Below are positions 30,011-40,160 of a DNA stretch of 64,000 nucleotides, one piece after another (the first letter of the stretch is position 1; every line of letters begins with the position of its first letter). Position numbers and translations under genes: made by a program. Below the pieces are notes generated by a model. The model had not been told where the DNA came from, searched no databases, and saw only the letters and a program-made list of their open reading frames with translations. Location: NCBI GenBank assembly GCA_964573715.1, contig CAZNKR010000001.1:30599-94598 (forward strand), in the 5' to 3' direction. The stretch is from an uncultured Roseburia sp. GTDB taxonomy: Bacteria; Bacillota; Clostridia; Lachnospirales; Lachnospiraceae.

Positions 30011-31147
30011 TTAGTAATTACCTAAGATTTTAAGTGCTATTGTTTCTTCCCTAAGCCCTCTTAATGCATTTTTAACGGCAGGATCACCAAGTTTTCCTTC
30101 AAAATCAATAAAAAATCTATATTCCCATTTTCTACCTTCTATTGGTCTTGATTCAATCTTTGTCATATTTAGTTGGTTATACATAAAATGTGACAAAATA
30201 TTATACAATGAACCTTCTTCGTGAGGAATTTCAAAGCACACACTTATTTTGCCTGCATTTTTAGTATATACTCTCTTGCTTCCAACTATTACAAATCTTG
30301 TTGTGTTTGTATCATTAAAATTAATGTGTTCCTTTAAAACCTTTAATCCATATATTTTTGCAGCTCTAACACTAGCAATAGCAGCCTGTGTCTTATCTCC
30401 ATCATCCATGACCTTTTTGGCACTAACAGCATTATTTGATAAACTAATCTGTTTCCACTGTTTATTTTCAAATAAATATTTTGAACATTGCATAAGTGAT
30501 TGGGGATGTGAATATACAACATTGATATCATTAATTGTTGCCTCCTTGGTTCCTAATAAAGCATGTTCAACCTTTACAAAGGTTTCCCCAACAATGTAGT
30601 TATCATATTCTATAAGCAAATCATATACCTGTGAAATAGCCCCTGCAGTAGAATTTTCAATTGGTAAAACTGCAAAATCGCATCTTCCACACTTTACATC
30701 CTCCATAGCATCACGCCATGTATCCACATGATACATATTTGCTGATTCATTAAAATACTGGCATGTAGCATCATGAGCATAGGCTCCTTCTAATCCTTGA
30801 TATGCCACTTTTACATTTCCTTTAGGAATTTCATCTAGCATTTCAAACACTGTATCCTCAATTAACCCGTGGTCAGCCATTATTGTATATTGAAGCTTTC
30901 TACTCATACTCATAAGGTGCTTAAATAATTCTTCCACGCCTCGTGAATCAAAATCATTGCTTACTAATGATTTTACTTTCTCTATTTTTAAATTTTCCCT
31001 ACTAGTATCAAGAACCGGCTTGCCATTTTCTATTTTATATTCTGCCACATCCTTACATAAATTCATTCTTTTTTCATAAAGATCAATAATTTTTGCATCT
31101 ACAATATCAATTTCATTTCTTATGTCTAATAAATTTAATTCTGCCAT
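30011..31147 (-). CDS. pheA: bifunctional chorismate mutase / prephenate dehydratase (P-protein)
   Basis: The ATG at 31147 has an AGGAGA RBS. N-terminal CM_2 domain (LLDIRNEIDIVDAKIIDLYEKR), PDT domain (TRF motif TTRFVIVG) and C-terminal ACT domain (ESRP). Confidence 0.92.
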   Translation of the reverse strand: MAELNLLDIRNEIDIVDAKIIDLYEKRMNLCKDVAEYKIENGKPVLDTSRENLKIEKVKSLVSNDFDSRGVEELFKHLMSMSRKLQYTIMADHGLIEDTVFEMLDEIPKGNVKVAYQGLEGAYAHDATCQYFNESANMYHVDTWRDAMEDVKCGRCDFAVLPIENSTAGAISQVYDLLIEYDNYIVGETFVKVEHALLGTKEATINDINVVYSHPQSLMQCSKYLFENKQWKQISLSNNAVSAKKVMDDGDKTQAAIASVRAAKIYGLKVLKEHINFNDTNTTRFVIVGSKRVYTKNAGKISVCFEIPHEEGSLYNILSHFMYNQLNMTKIESRPIEGRKWEYRFFIDFEGKLGDPAVKNALRGLREETIALKILGNY

Positions 31148-31326
31148 GGTATCTCCTAATTTGTATAGTTGAAATAATTTTATCATATTTTCTAAAATTA
31201 TACCACAAACAACATATTTCCCTAGGAATTTACATTCAGAAAAATCTATGCTAGACTAGGCTTGCTAAAAATATTTAATGATAAATTATTTAACCGGTTT
31301 ACCTTTACTATTTGGGAGGATTTATT

Positions 31327-32154
31327 TTGCATAATTTAGATATAATAACAATAAAAAACCTACGTGTATTTGCTCATCATGGTGTATTTATAGAAGAGAA
31401 AGAGAACGGTCAGGATTTCTTTGTTTCTGCTTCTTTATATATTGATACCCATGATGCAATTGATACAGATGATATTAATAACGCTCTTAACTACGGAGAG
31501 GTTTGTGAATATATAACAAAGATTCTGTCTCAAAAATCTTATAATCTTATTGAAGCAGCGGCAGAAAATACAATTTTTTCTATTTTAAAACATTTTCCAC
31601 AAATTCAAAAAATTGATTTTGAATTATCAAAGCCACATGCCCCTGTAGGTCTTCCATTTGAAAACATTTCTGTGAAAATGACCCGTATGTGGCACAAAGC
31701 ATATATCGCACTAGGTTCAAATATGGGTGATAGCAAGCTTTACATAGAAGAAGCTATTAATTCCATGAAAAATAATACTAACATTAAAGATATTAATGTA
31801 TCAAATCTAATAACCACAAAGCCTTATGGCTATACAAAACAGCCTGATTTTTTAAATGGTGCTCTTTGCCTTTATACATTGTATACTCCACATCAGCTAT
31901 TATCATTTCTTCAAACTCTTGAGACCAATGCTAAAAGAGTCCGTGACATCCACTGGGGACCACGAACTCTTGATTTAGATATATTGTTTTTTGATAATTT
32001 AACTATTCATACAAAGGATTTAATCATTCCTCATCCAGAAATAGAAAAGCGCGAATTTGTGCTTGCTCCTATGAATGAACTAAATCCATACCTTATTCAT
32101 CCCCTTTTAGGCAAAAGCATAAAAGAACTATTATTTGGTCTTAGGAGTGAATAA
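31327..32154 (+). CDS. folBK: bifunctional dihydroneopterin aldolase / HPPK (FolB-FolK)
   Basis: TTG at 31327 is preceded by a GGGAGGA RBS. FolB part IKNLRVFAHHGV; FolK part IALGSNMGD...GPRTLDLDIL. Confidence 0.9.
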   Translation: MHNLDIITIKNLRVFAHHGVFIEEKENGQDFFVSASLYIDTHDAIDTDDINNALNYGEVCEYITKILSQKSYNLIEAAAENTIFSILKHFPQIQKIDFELSKPHAPVGLPFENISVKMTRMWHKAYIALGSNMGDSKLYIEEAINSMKNNTNIKDINVSNLITTKPYGYTKQPDFLNGALCLYTLYTPHQLLSFLQTLETNAKRVRDIHWGPRTLDLDILFFDNLTIHTKDLIIPHPEIEKREFVLAPMNELNPYLIHPLLGKSIKELLFGLRSE

Positions 32155-33144
32155 CTCTGGGATTGCTATTCCATTAGTATTTACTCTATACAAGGTATCA
32201 ATATCAGCAATCTTAGTGATGTAATATGTATACTGTGAAGTTATAGAAATATTAAAGCAATCACCACTTGTAACATCTATTTTATCATCTCCGTCAAGGT
32301 TCATTCTTACTAGCTTATGATCCTCTACACTATTTTCAGCCTGATAAAAAATAACATTTGAATCTTTAGATAAATTGTAGTTTACCACTGCATCATCTGA
32401 TAATACTTCCTTTTCATCATTTGTCATATCCATCCTAGTTAAAGAATGGTTGTTATCAAGATCAATATAATAGATATAGTTATTAACAATAATAGGCATA
32501 TAGAAATTGCCTTCCTTTAATGTACTTATATCATCTGTATCTGTATTTAGCCTTAACAGATTGTGATTACCATCAATTTCCGAAAAATATATGTTTCCGT
32601 TTGAAACTGAGATAGGTGTGTAATCACTATCAGATAATTTTTCATCTTCTTTTCCGTCTATTTTTATTTTACTCAACTGATATAAATTTGTATCATCATA
32701 ACTTCTGTAGTATAGATAATTACCGCACAATGCAATATTATCTACAATACCACTGTGGAGCTCTTTGGCCTTTGCATCCCCTTCTTTATATCTAAACAAT
32801 CCATATAAAGCACCTCTAAAAACAACCTCCACTCCACTTTTATAATTAAATCTCTCATAATAAATATACCCATTTGCAACATTTATGTAAAATACACGGT
32901 CACTATAAAGCTTTTTTAGATTTGTACCGTCTAAATCCATCTTATACAAATTGTATTCATCGTAAGGATTAGCAAAATAAACACTTCCTTCATATTCACA
33001 AAACAATCCTTCATTGTAGAGATTTCCAGCAGTGTTTCCAGTTGTATTGGCATCATTATAAGTAAATCTTGAATTAAAAAATAAGAATAATCCTAATGCA
33101 ACTGCAAATACCACTATACATGTTATTATTATCTTTTTTTTCAT
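32131..33144 (-). CDS. membrane-anchored DUF5050-type beta-propeller protein
   Basis: 337 aa. N-terminal TM/signal anchor, then repeated YY/NGxIYY blades (GSVYFANP, NGYIYYERF, GNYLYYRS, NGNIYFSE, NNYIYYID). The 3' end overlaps the folBK 3' end by 24 nt in convergent orientation. Confidence 0.65.
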   Translation of the reverse strand: MKKKIIITCIVVFAVALGLFLFFNSRFTYNDANTTGNTAGNLYNEGLFCEYEGSVYFANPYDEYNLYKMDLDGTNLKKLYSDRVFYINVANGYIYYERFNYKSGVEVVFRGALYGLFRYKEGDAKAKELHSGIVDNIALCGNYLYYRSYDDTNLYQLSKIKIDGKEDEKLSDSDYTPISVSNGNIYFSEIDGNHNLLRLNTDTDDISTLKEGNFYMPIIVNNYIYYIDLDNNHSLTRMDMTNDEKEVLSDDAVVNYNLSKDSNVIFYQAENSVEDHKLVRMNLDGDDKIDVTSGDCFNISITSQYTYYITKIADIDTLYRVNTNGIAIPELFTPKTK

Positions 33145-33155
33145 CCAAACACCTC

Positions 33156-33992
33156 CTAGTATCTTCCCATAATCTTTTCGGTCATCACCATTGCCCTATA
33201 ATTTTGTTTTACATCATGAACTCTTATTATTGAACAGCCCTTCATAACTCCCATAACTGTAGTGGTTAGTGTTCCTTCTATACGTTCCTCTACAGGTAAG
33301 TCTAAGGCTAATCCAATCATAGATTTTCTAGATGTTCCTAATAATACTGGGCAACCTAGTTTAGATAATATATCAACCTTGTTCATTAATTCTAGATTTT
33401 GTTCAAAGGTTTTTGGAAAGCCTATTCCAGGGTCAGTAATTAACATAGCTTTATCCACTCCAGCAGACACAGCAATATCTATGCTTTTTGATAAATCCTC
33501 TAAAACATCTTCAAGGAAATTACTGTAGGGATTAGATGATAAATCTCTATTATGCATAATGCATGCAGGAATCTTATATCTAGCCGCTACTGCTGCCATA
33601 TTTCCTTCCCCTTTAAAGCCCATAACGTCATTTATTAAATCTGCTCCAGACTCTATTGCCGCTTTTGCTACATCTGCTTTGTATGTATCTATTGAAACAG
33701 GTACAGCAAACTCTTTTTTTATCATTTCAATATAAGGAACGACTCTTTGTATTTCTTCTAAAATCGTCACATGCTGGTATCCAGGACGAGTAGATTCACC
33801 ACCAATGTCTATTATAGATGCACCTTCCTTTATCATTTCTTCCACGTGCCTTATAGCATTATCTAGCTCATTCCACTTTCCACCATCAGAAAATGAATCT
33901 GGTGTTACATTAAGGATTCCCATTATATAGGACTTGTTTTTTAAATCAAATTCTTTATTTCCAATTTTCATATTAAATAATACCTTCTTCAT
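33156..33992 (-). CDS. folP: dihydropteroate synthase
   Basis: IMGILNVTPDSFSDGG, DIGGESTRPG and a pterin-binding fold. An alternative ATG at 33971 sits just after the folC stop. Confidence 0.95.
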   Translation of the reverse strand: MKKVLFNMKIGNKEFDLKNKSYIMGILNVTPDSFSDGGKWNELDNAIRHVEEMIKEGASIIDIGGESTRPGYQHVTILEEIQRVVPYIEMIKKEFAVPVSIDTYKADVAKAAIESGADLINDVMGFKGEGNMAAVAARYKIPACIMHNRDLSSNPYSNFLEDVLEDLSKSIDIAVSAGVDKAMLITDPGIGFPKTFEQNLELMNKVDILSKLGCPVLLGTSRKSMIGLALDLPVEERIEGTLTTTVMGVMKGCSIIRVHDVKQNYRAMVMTEKIMGRY

Positions 33993-35253
33993 CCAGCCTA
34001 TTTACAGCCTCTTTTAATTCACCAAGATAGGATAATGAACCAAATGCTATAACGTATTTGTTCCCATATCCAATAGCCTTTACTACAGCACCTAAAATAT
34101 CATCCACATACTCTACATTAGCATTATACTTTTGAATAGTTTTCAAAAGTTCAATACCACTTAATGCTCTTTTATTTTTACTAGTAACTGTCACAATATT
34201 ATCAGCTCTACTTGCTATTATTTCACATTCAGTATCATAGTCTTTATCTGCTAGAACGCCCATAATAAATGTTACTTTTTCATCTCCACATACCATATCA
34301 ATTGTGTCTTTAAGCTTTATAATTGCGTCTGGATTATGTGCTCCATCAATATAAATGTGTGGATTTGAATGTATCTTTTCAAATCTGCCACCAATCTGTG
34401 CCAATTTAATTCCCTCAACAATATGCGCCTTGTTTATATTGAATTTATCAGAATAATTTTCATTTAATGCCTCCATAGCTTCTATGGCCAAGGCTATATT
34501 TTCTGCTTGGTAAGTTCCCGACATAAGAGTATGTATATCTGTATATACTTGTCCACTACTAGATACATATTCCTCTTTAATAGTTTTTTTACTACAGTAC
34601 AGTTTAGCATTTTTACTTGTTGCAACTTTTTTTAGCACCTTTAATGTGGTTTCGTCATTAGCATTAACAACAACCGGACAATCTTTTTTAATAATTCCTG
34701 CCTTATGCATGGCTATCTCTAAAATAGAATTACCTAAATATGCCATATGGTCATAACTAATAGATGTAATTACTGAAAGTGACACTTTACTTAGAACATT
34801 TGTAGCGTCACTATCACCACCCATTCCTGTTTCTAATATAACAATATCTACCTTTTTAGCTACAAAATACAAAAAAGCCATAGCTGTTTCCACTTCAAAA
34901 ACAGTAGGAAAACAATCTGTTGCATTTAATTCTAAAAGGGCCGGTTTAATGACTTTAACTAAGCTTACAAAATCATCTTTACTAATATTTTCACCATTTA
35001 TTTGATATTTTTCTAGATATTCAAACACCACTGGTGATGTATAGCATCCAACCAAATATCCAGCTTTTTGTAATATACTAGACATATACGTAATCGTTGA
35101 GCCTTTACCATTTGTACCTGCCACATGGATTATAGATAATTTATTTTGTGGGTTATTAAGTTTTTCAAGTAATCTATAGATATTATCAAGGCCTAACACG
35201 CTTCCAAAGCGGTTAAGCCCATCAATATACTCTTTAGCTGATAAAAATTCCAT
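33973..35253 (-). CDS. folC: folylpolyglutamate synthase / dihydrofolate synthase
   Basis: 426 aa with P-loop HVAGTNGKGST and Mur-ligase middle and C domains. Confidence 0.93.
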   Translation of the reverse strand: MEFLSAKEYIDGLNRFGSVLGLDNIYRLLEKLNNPQNKLSIIHVAGTNGKGSTITYMSSILQKAGYLVGCYTSPVVFEYLEKYQINGENISKDDFVSLVKVIKPALLELNATDCFPTVFEVETAMAFLYFVAKKVDIVILETGMGGDSDATNVLSKVSLSVITSISYDHMAYLGNSILEIAMHKAGIIKKDCPVVVNANDETTLKVLKKVATSKNAKLYCSKKTIKEEYVSSSGQVYTDIHTLMSGTYQAENIALAIEAMEALNENYSDKFNINKAHIVEGIKLAQIGGRFEKIHSNPHIYIDGAHNPDAIIKLKDTIDMVCGDEKVTFIMGVLADKDYDTECEIIASRADNIVTVTSKNKRALSGIELLKTIQKYNANVEYVDDILGAVVKAIGYGNKYVIAFGSLSYLGELKEAVNRLDEEGII

Positions 35254-35256
35254 AAG

Positions 35257-37782
35257 TTATGCCTTCTTTGTTCCAGCGGCTCCTCGCTTAGTTGTTCTTA
35301 TGCTTCTAAGTTCAATCTGTTTCCCCTTACACTCAATTATTTCATTATCTCCTGCATCTACAACATATACATTTGTAATGTAGTCCCCATCTTTTAATTT
35401 TATGCCTTTTACGCCAATTGCTGCCTTCTTCTTTATAGGGATCTCATTAAGTGGGAATCTTAAGAAAACACCATTTGCAGTTTGAAGGACAATGATTGAA
35501 TCAGTGTAAACTACATTATCTTTTCCAGCCACTGATGCTGAGTTTCCATCTGTATTTACATCACTAGTATTTGCATCACCAGTATTAGCATCACCCATGT
35601 CCATAAATTCCCCTAAGGACATATCATATCCAGCAGTGCCTAATTTATCAAAACCACCCATGTCGTCAAAGCCGCCCATGTCATCAAAGCCACCATCTAA
35701 GAATTCATTATTCATATCAGTACCTGCATCAAAACCACCTGTTAACATAACTGAGGTGCTACCTGATGTAGCTGGTGCAACATTTGTTGCGTCAGTTACA
35801 ATAACACTAGCTATCTTATCTTCACCAGAAAGCTTTGTGGCCATTACAGTCTTCTTTGTAGTATCAAATTCTAGTGCATCTACTAATTTCATCATTCCCG
35901 AAGTAGAAGTAAACAAAAGCTTCTTCTCCATAAAATTCTTGTATGCATTTATATAAACAATATTTTCTCCACTACTATCATAATTTCCTAGATTGTCTAA
36001 TGGAGTACCTTTATCTCTGAATTTTCCAAAAGGAATCTTCATAACCTTTATTTGATGAAGATTTCCATTATCAGTAAATACATAAATTCTATCAGTATTT
36101 AGGCATGGGAATACATATTTATATTCATTATGTACAGCCTCTTTATTTCTTTCATAAGTAGCCATATCGATAGTTTTTGCATAAGAAAAACGATCCATAA
36201 TAAACATAACTTCCTGTTCAACAAACTTAACCTCTTCAAAAACTGCTTCCTTAGCATCTTCAATAACTGTCTTTCTAGGCACTGAATACTCTTTTTTATA
36301 CTTTTTCAATTCTTTAATAATTGTTGCAGCCATTGCTTTTCTGCTCCCAAGAATATCTTCATATTCAGCAATTCTATTTACAATGTCTGCATAGTCCTTC
36401 TCAAGTGCCAAAATTTCAAGACCAATTAATTTGTAAAGTCTAAGCTCTAAAATCGCTTGTGCTTGTTTTTCTGAAAAACATAGCTGACTAGCATATATTT
36501 TTGATTCTTTATTTTTAAACTTTATTTTATCGCTATTTCCATTTACAAGACAATCCTTTGCATCCTTTAAGCTATTAGAACCTCTTAAAATTTCAATAAT
36601 TAAATCAATAATGTTGCAGGCTTTAATTAATCCTTCTTTGATTTCTTTTTGCTCTAATTCTTTATTAAGTAATGTGGTATATTTTCTTGTGTAAATTTCA
36701 AACTGGAAATTAACATTGTGTTTAATAATATCTAAAATACCTAATGTTTCAGGTTTTCCATCAACAATTGCTAACATATTAACTCCAAAAGTATCCTCAA
36801 GCTTTGTCTTTTTATAAAGCATATTTTTAAGGTTTTCTACATCAGCATTCTTCTTAAGTTCAAGAACAATACGGATACCTTCCTTTGATGACTCATTAGA
36901 AATATCCACAATGTCCTGGGTCTTTTTTGATTCTACTAATTCACAAATATCGGAGATGAATTTAGAAATATTAGCACCAATCATTGTATATGGAATCTCA
37001 GTAATTACAAGTTTATCTCTATCCGATCTAGTCTTACCCATCTCAAACATTACTTTTCCACGTAATTTAATTTTACCAACACCATTGGTATAAATATCTA
37101 AAAGTTCACTTTTGTTAACAACTAAGCCACCTGTTGGAAAATCTGGTCCAGGAACATATTCCATAATTTCCTTTGTTGTTATATTCTCGTTTTTCATATA
37201 TGCAATAACTGCATCTAATACCTCTGAAAGGTTGTGGGTTGGAATACTTGTTGTCATACCAACTGCTATACCTTCAGCACCATTTATTAAAATATTAGGA
37301 ACTCTAACTGGTAAAACTACTGGTTCCTTTTCTGTTTCATCAAAATTTGGTATAAAATCAACAACATTTTTATCCAAATCTGCAAGATAAGCCTCTTGTG
37401 TAAACTTTTTAAGCTTCGCCTCAGTGTAACGCATAGCAGCCGCGCCATCACCTTCGATCGAGCCAAAATTACCATGTCCGTCTACTAAGGCCATTCCCTT
37501 TTTAAAATCCTGTGAAAGTACAACTAAAGATTCATAAATAGAGCTATCACCATGTGGATGGAATTTACCCATTGTATCACCAACAATACGAGCTGACTTT
37601 CTATGTGGTTTATCATAGTTTAAACCTAATTCATCCATTGCAAATAGAACTCTTCTTTGAACTGGTTTAAGTCCATCTCTAATATCTGGTAATGCACGGG
37701 CGCAAATTACACTCATGGCATAATCAATATATGATTTTTGCATTACTTCTGAATATTCGGTTTTAATAATTTGTTCTGCCAT
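35257..37782 (-). CDS. parC: type IIA topoisomerase subunit A (ParC-like; no GyrA box seen) with an acidic low-complexity insertion in the C-terminal domain
   Basis: 841 aa with RALPDIRDGLKPVQRR and active-site region AAMRYTE. The C-terminal beta-pinwheel blades lack a QRRGGKG-type GyrA box. The locus is not next to dnaA/recF. The insertion spans 35518..35778. Confidence 0.8.
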   Translation of the reverse strand: MAEQIIKTEYSEVMQKSYIDYAMSVICARALPDIRDGLKPVQRRVLFAMDELGLNYDKPHRKSARIVGDTMGKFHPHGDSSIYESLVVLSQDFKKGMALVDGHGNFGSIEGDGAAAMRYTEAKLKKFTQEAYLADLDKNVVDFIPNFDETEKEPVVLPVRVPNILINGAEGIAVGMTTSIPTHNLSEVLDAVIAYMKNENITTKEIMEYVPGPDFPTGGLVVNKSELLDIYTNGVGKIKLRGKVMFEMGKTRSDRDKLVITEIPYTMIGANISKFISDICELVESKKTQDIVDISNESSKEGIRIVLELKKNADVENLKNMLYKKTKLEDTFGVNMLAIVDGKPETLGILDIIKHNVNFQFEIYTRKYTTLLNKELEQKEIKEGLIKACNIIDLIIEILRGSNSLKDAKDCLVNGNSDKIKFKNKESKIYASQLCFSEKQAQAILELRLYKLIGLEILALEKDYADIVNRIAEYEDILGSRKAMAATIIKELKKYKKEYSVPRKTVIEDAKEAVFEEVKFVEQEVMFIMDRFSYAKTIDMATYERNKEAVHNEYKYVFPCLNTDRIYVFTDNGNLHQIKVMKIPFGKFRDKGTPLDNLGNYDSSGENIVYINAYKNFMEKKLLFTSTSGMMKLVDALEFDTTKKTVMATKLSGEDKIASVIVTDATNVAPATSGSTSVMLTGGFDAGTDMNNEFLDGGFDDMGGFDDMGGFDKLGTAGYDMSLGEFMDMGDANTGDANTSDVNTDGNSASVAGKDNVVYTDSIIVLQTANGVFLRFPLNEIPIKKKAAIGVKGIKLKDGDYITNVYVVDAGDNEIIECKGKQIELRSIRTTKRGAAGTKKA

Positions 37783-37796
37783 TTGTTTCCTTCCCT

Positions 37797-39725
37797 TTAT
37801 ACATCAAGTTCCGCATCATTTGCATGTTCATGAATAAAGCAACGTCTTGGAGCAACATCGTTGCCCATAAGCATTCTTGTAACATCTGATGCCATTCTTG
37901 CATCTTCAATCTCAACCTGTTTTAGTATACGTGTTTCTGGATTTAATGTAGTTTCCCACAATTGATCTGCATCCATTTCTCCTAAACCTTTGTATCGTTG
38001 AAGTGTAAAGTTACCTGTATGAGTCTTTCTGTATTTTTCTAATGCCTTGTCATCATACAAATATTCACCTTCACCCTTTTTAGGAATAACCTTATACAAT
38101 GGTGGAGTGGCCAAAAATACATGACCTTCATTTATAAGTTCAGGCATAAATCTATAGAAAAATGTAAGTAATAAGGTTGCAATATGTGCACCATCTACGT
38201 CCGCATCAGTCATTATAATAATCTTGTTATATCTAAGCTTTGATATATCAAAATCATTACCATAACCTTCTGAAAATCCACATCCAAAGGAATTTATCAT
38301 TGTCTTTATTTCCGCATTAGCTAAAACCTTGTCCATTGTAGCCTTTTCAACATTTAATATTTTTCCTCTAATTGGCAAAATGGCCTGTGTTTTTCTATTT
38401 CTAGCTGTTTTGGCAGAGCCTCCAGCAGAATCTCCTTCTACAATAAACACTTCACATTCAGCTGCATTTCTACTTTCACAATTTGCAAGCTTACCATTGC
38501 TATCTATAGAAAACTTTTGTCTAGCTAAAAGATTAGTTTTTGCCTTTTCTTCAGCTTTTCTGATTTTTGCTGATTTCTCTGCGCAGGCAATTACTTGCTT
38601 AAGTGTTTCTAAGTTTTTATCGAAGAATAGCTGTAGCTCATCGCCTGTAACTTCAGCTGAAACCTTTCCAGCATCTGGGTTATCAAGCTTAGTTTTTGTC
38701 TGACCTTCAAATCTAGGGTCTGGATGTTTAATGGCTATGACAGCCGTCATTCCACATCTTACATCTTGTCCAGTAAAATTAGCATCTTTGTCCTTTAATA
38801 TACCAATTTCTCTTGCATATTGATTAATAACTGTAGTGAATTTGGTTTTAAAGCCAGTAATATGGGTTCCACCCTCTTGGGTATAAATATTATTACAAAA
38901 GCCCATAATATTTTCTTGAAACTCATCAACAAACTGAAAAGCTGTTTCCACCTCAATGCCATCTATACTTCGTTTAAAGTACACCACATTGTGTACTGCT
39001 TCTTTGCCTTCATTTATATCATTAACATAAGCTTTAATTCCGTCTGGTTCGTGAAATTCTACTATTTCTTCTTCATCAAAACGATTGTTAATAAATTTAA
39101 TATTTAAATCTGGATTTAAATATGCTGTTTCATGTAATCTACTCTTTATGGCATCTGCTTTAAAATATGTCTTTTCAAAAATGTCACCATCTGGTAAAAA
39201 TGTGACTGAAGTTCCTGAATCGTTTTTACGACAAGTACCAACTTCTTTTAAATCATACATAATTTTACCACGCTCGTAGCGTTGGTTATATACTATTCCA
39301 TCCTTTTTAACTGTAACCTCAAGCCACTGTGAAAGTGCATTAACAACAGAAGCACCTACACCATGTAAACCACCCGAAATTTTGTATCCCCCATTACCAA
39401 ACTTACCACCAGCATGAAGCATTGTAAAAGCAACCTCTACTGCAGGTCTACCGGTTTTTTCATTTATGCCAACTGGAATTCCTCGTCCATCATCTTTAAT
39501 AGTTGCTGTGCCATCTTTTTCAAGAATAACCGTTATTTCATGACAGTATCCTGCCAAATGCTCATCAACTGAGTTGTCTACGATTTCATAAATAAGATGA
39601 TTAAGTCCCTTGGTAGAAACACTTCCTATGTACATACCCGGTCTAACTCTAACGGCCTCTAAACCTTCGATAATGGCTATACTGTTTGCATCATAAACAT
39701 TTGTTACCTTTGCCTTCATGTTCAA
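37797..39725 (-). CDS. parE: type IIA topoisomerase subunit B (ParE-like)
   Basis: 642 aa with GHKL ATPase (LHHLIYEIVDNSVDE-like LNHLIYEIVDNSVDE), Toprim EVFIVEGDSAGGS and the PLRGKILNV-type motif. Confidence 0.8.
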   Translation of the reverse strand: MNMKAKVTNVYDANSIAIIEGLEAVRVRPGMYIGSVSTKGLNHLIYEIVDNSVDEHLAGYCHEITVILEKDGTATIKDDGRGIPVGINEKTGRPAVEVAFTMLHAGGKFGNGGYKISGGLHGVGASVVNALSQWLEVTVKKDGIVYNQRYERGKIMYDLKEVGTCRKNDSGTSVTFLPDGDIFEKTYFKADAIKSRLHETAYLNPDLNIKFINNRFDEEEIVEFHEPDGIKAYVNDINEGKEAVHNVVYFKRSIDGIEVETAFQFVDEFQENIMGFCNNIYTQEGGTHITGFKTKFTTVINQYAREIGILKDKDANFTGQDVRCGMTAVIAIKHPDPRFEGQTKTKLDNPDAGKVSAEVTGDELQLFFDKNLETLKQVIACAEKSAKIRKAEEKAKTNLLARQKFSIDSNGKLANCESRNAAECEVFIVEGDSAGGSAKTARNRKTQAILPIRGKILNVEKATMDKVLANAEIKTMINSFGCGFSEGYGNDFDISKLRYNKIIIMTDADVDGAHIATLLLTFFYRFMPELINEGHVFLATPPLYKVIPKKGEGEYLYDDKALEKYRKTHTGNFTLQRYKGLGEMDADQLWETTLNPETRILKQVEIEDARMASDVTRMLMGNDVAPRRCFIHEHANDAELDV

Positions 39726-39731
39726 ACTCCT

Positions 39732-40151
39732 TTAGTTTTTCAAATACATAATCATGCCAGGGCCTAAATTATCTGTAGGTCTAGCAGTAAATCCAACACC
39801 TTCATAAAATGTCTCTCGTCCCTTTGCACACATGAGACAAAGCATCATTTCACTACCTTCTTCTTTTAAGTTATCAACATATTCTATTAATGTATTAATA
39901 ATTTTTTTCCCAATTCCTAGCTTTTGATGTCCAGGCAAAACCACAAGATCTTGAATATAGCAAATGACAGCACCGTCACCTACAATACGTCCCATTCCTA
40001 CCACTTTTCCATCTAAGTACGCTGTAACAGTAAGTAATGAATTATCTAGTGCCTTTCTTGCCTGTGATGTAGTTAATTTTTTCCAATTTACAGCAGCTCT
40101 TATGGCCAAATAATTCTCTATATCTAATTCATTTTGCTTAATTGTTAACAA
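39732..40151 (-). CDS. GNAT family N-acetyltransferase
   Basis: 139 aa with acetyl-CoA motif VLPGHQKLGIGKKIINTL. TTG start with a GAGGA RBS. Confidence 0.85.
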   Translation of the reverse strand: MLTIKQNELDIENYLAIRAAVNWKKLTTSQARKALDNSLLTVTAYLDGKVVGMGRIVGDGAVICYIQDLVVLPGHQKLGIGKKIINTLIEYVDNLKEEGSEMMLCLMCAKGRETFYEGVGFTARPTDNLGPGMIMYLKN

Positions 40152-40160
40152 AGCTATTCC

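Noticed and set aside
31148-31326. A THF riboswitch, expected by analogy upstream of the folate genes (folBK)
   Set aside because: The region is AT-rich and lacks the GC-rich conserved cores and pseudoknot segments I associate with THF riboswitches. It looks like a plain divergent promoter region.
35257-39725. Calling the topoisomerase pair gyrB/gyrA
   Set aside because: No GyrA-box motif is visible in the first CTD blade, the CTD is reduced, and the locus is not in the dnaA-dnaN-recF context. A ParE/ParC-type assignment is preferred but remains unproven.
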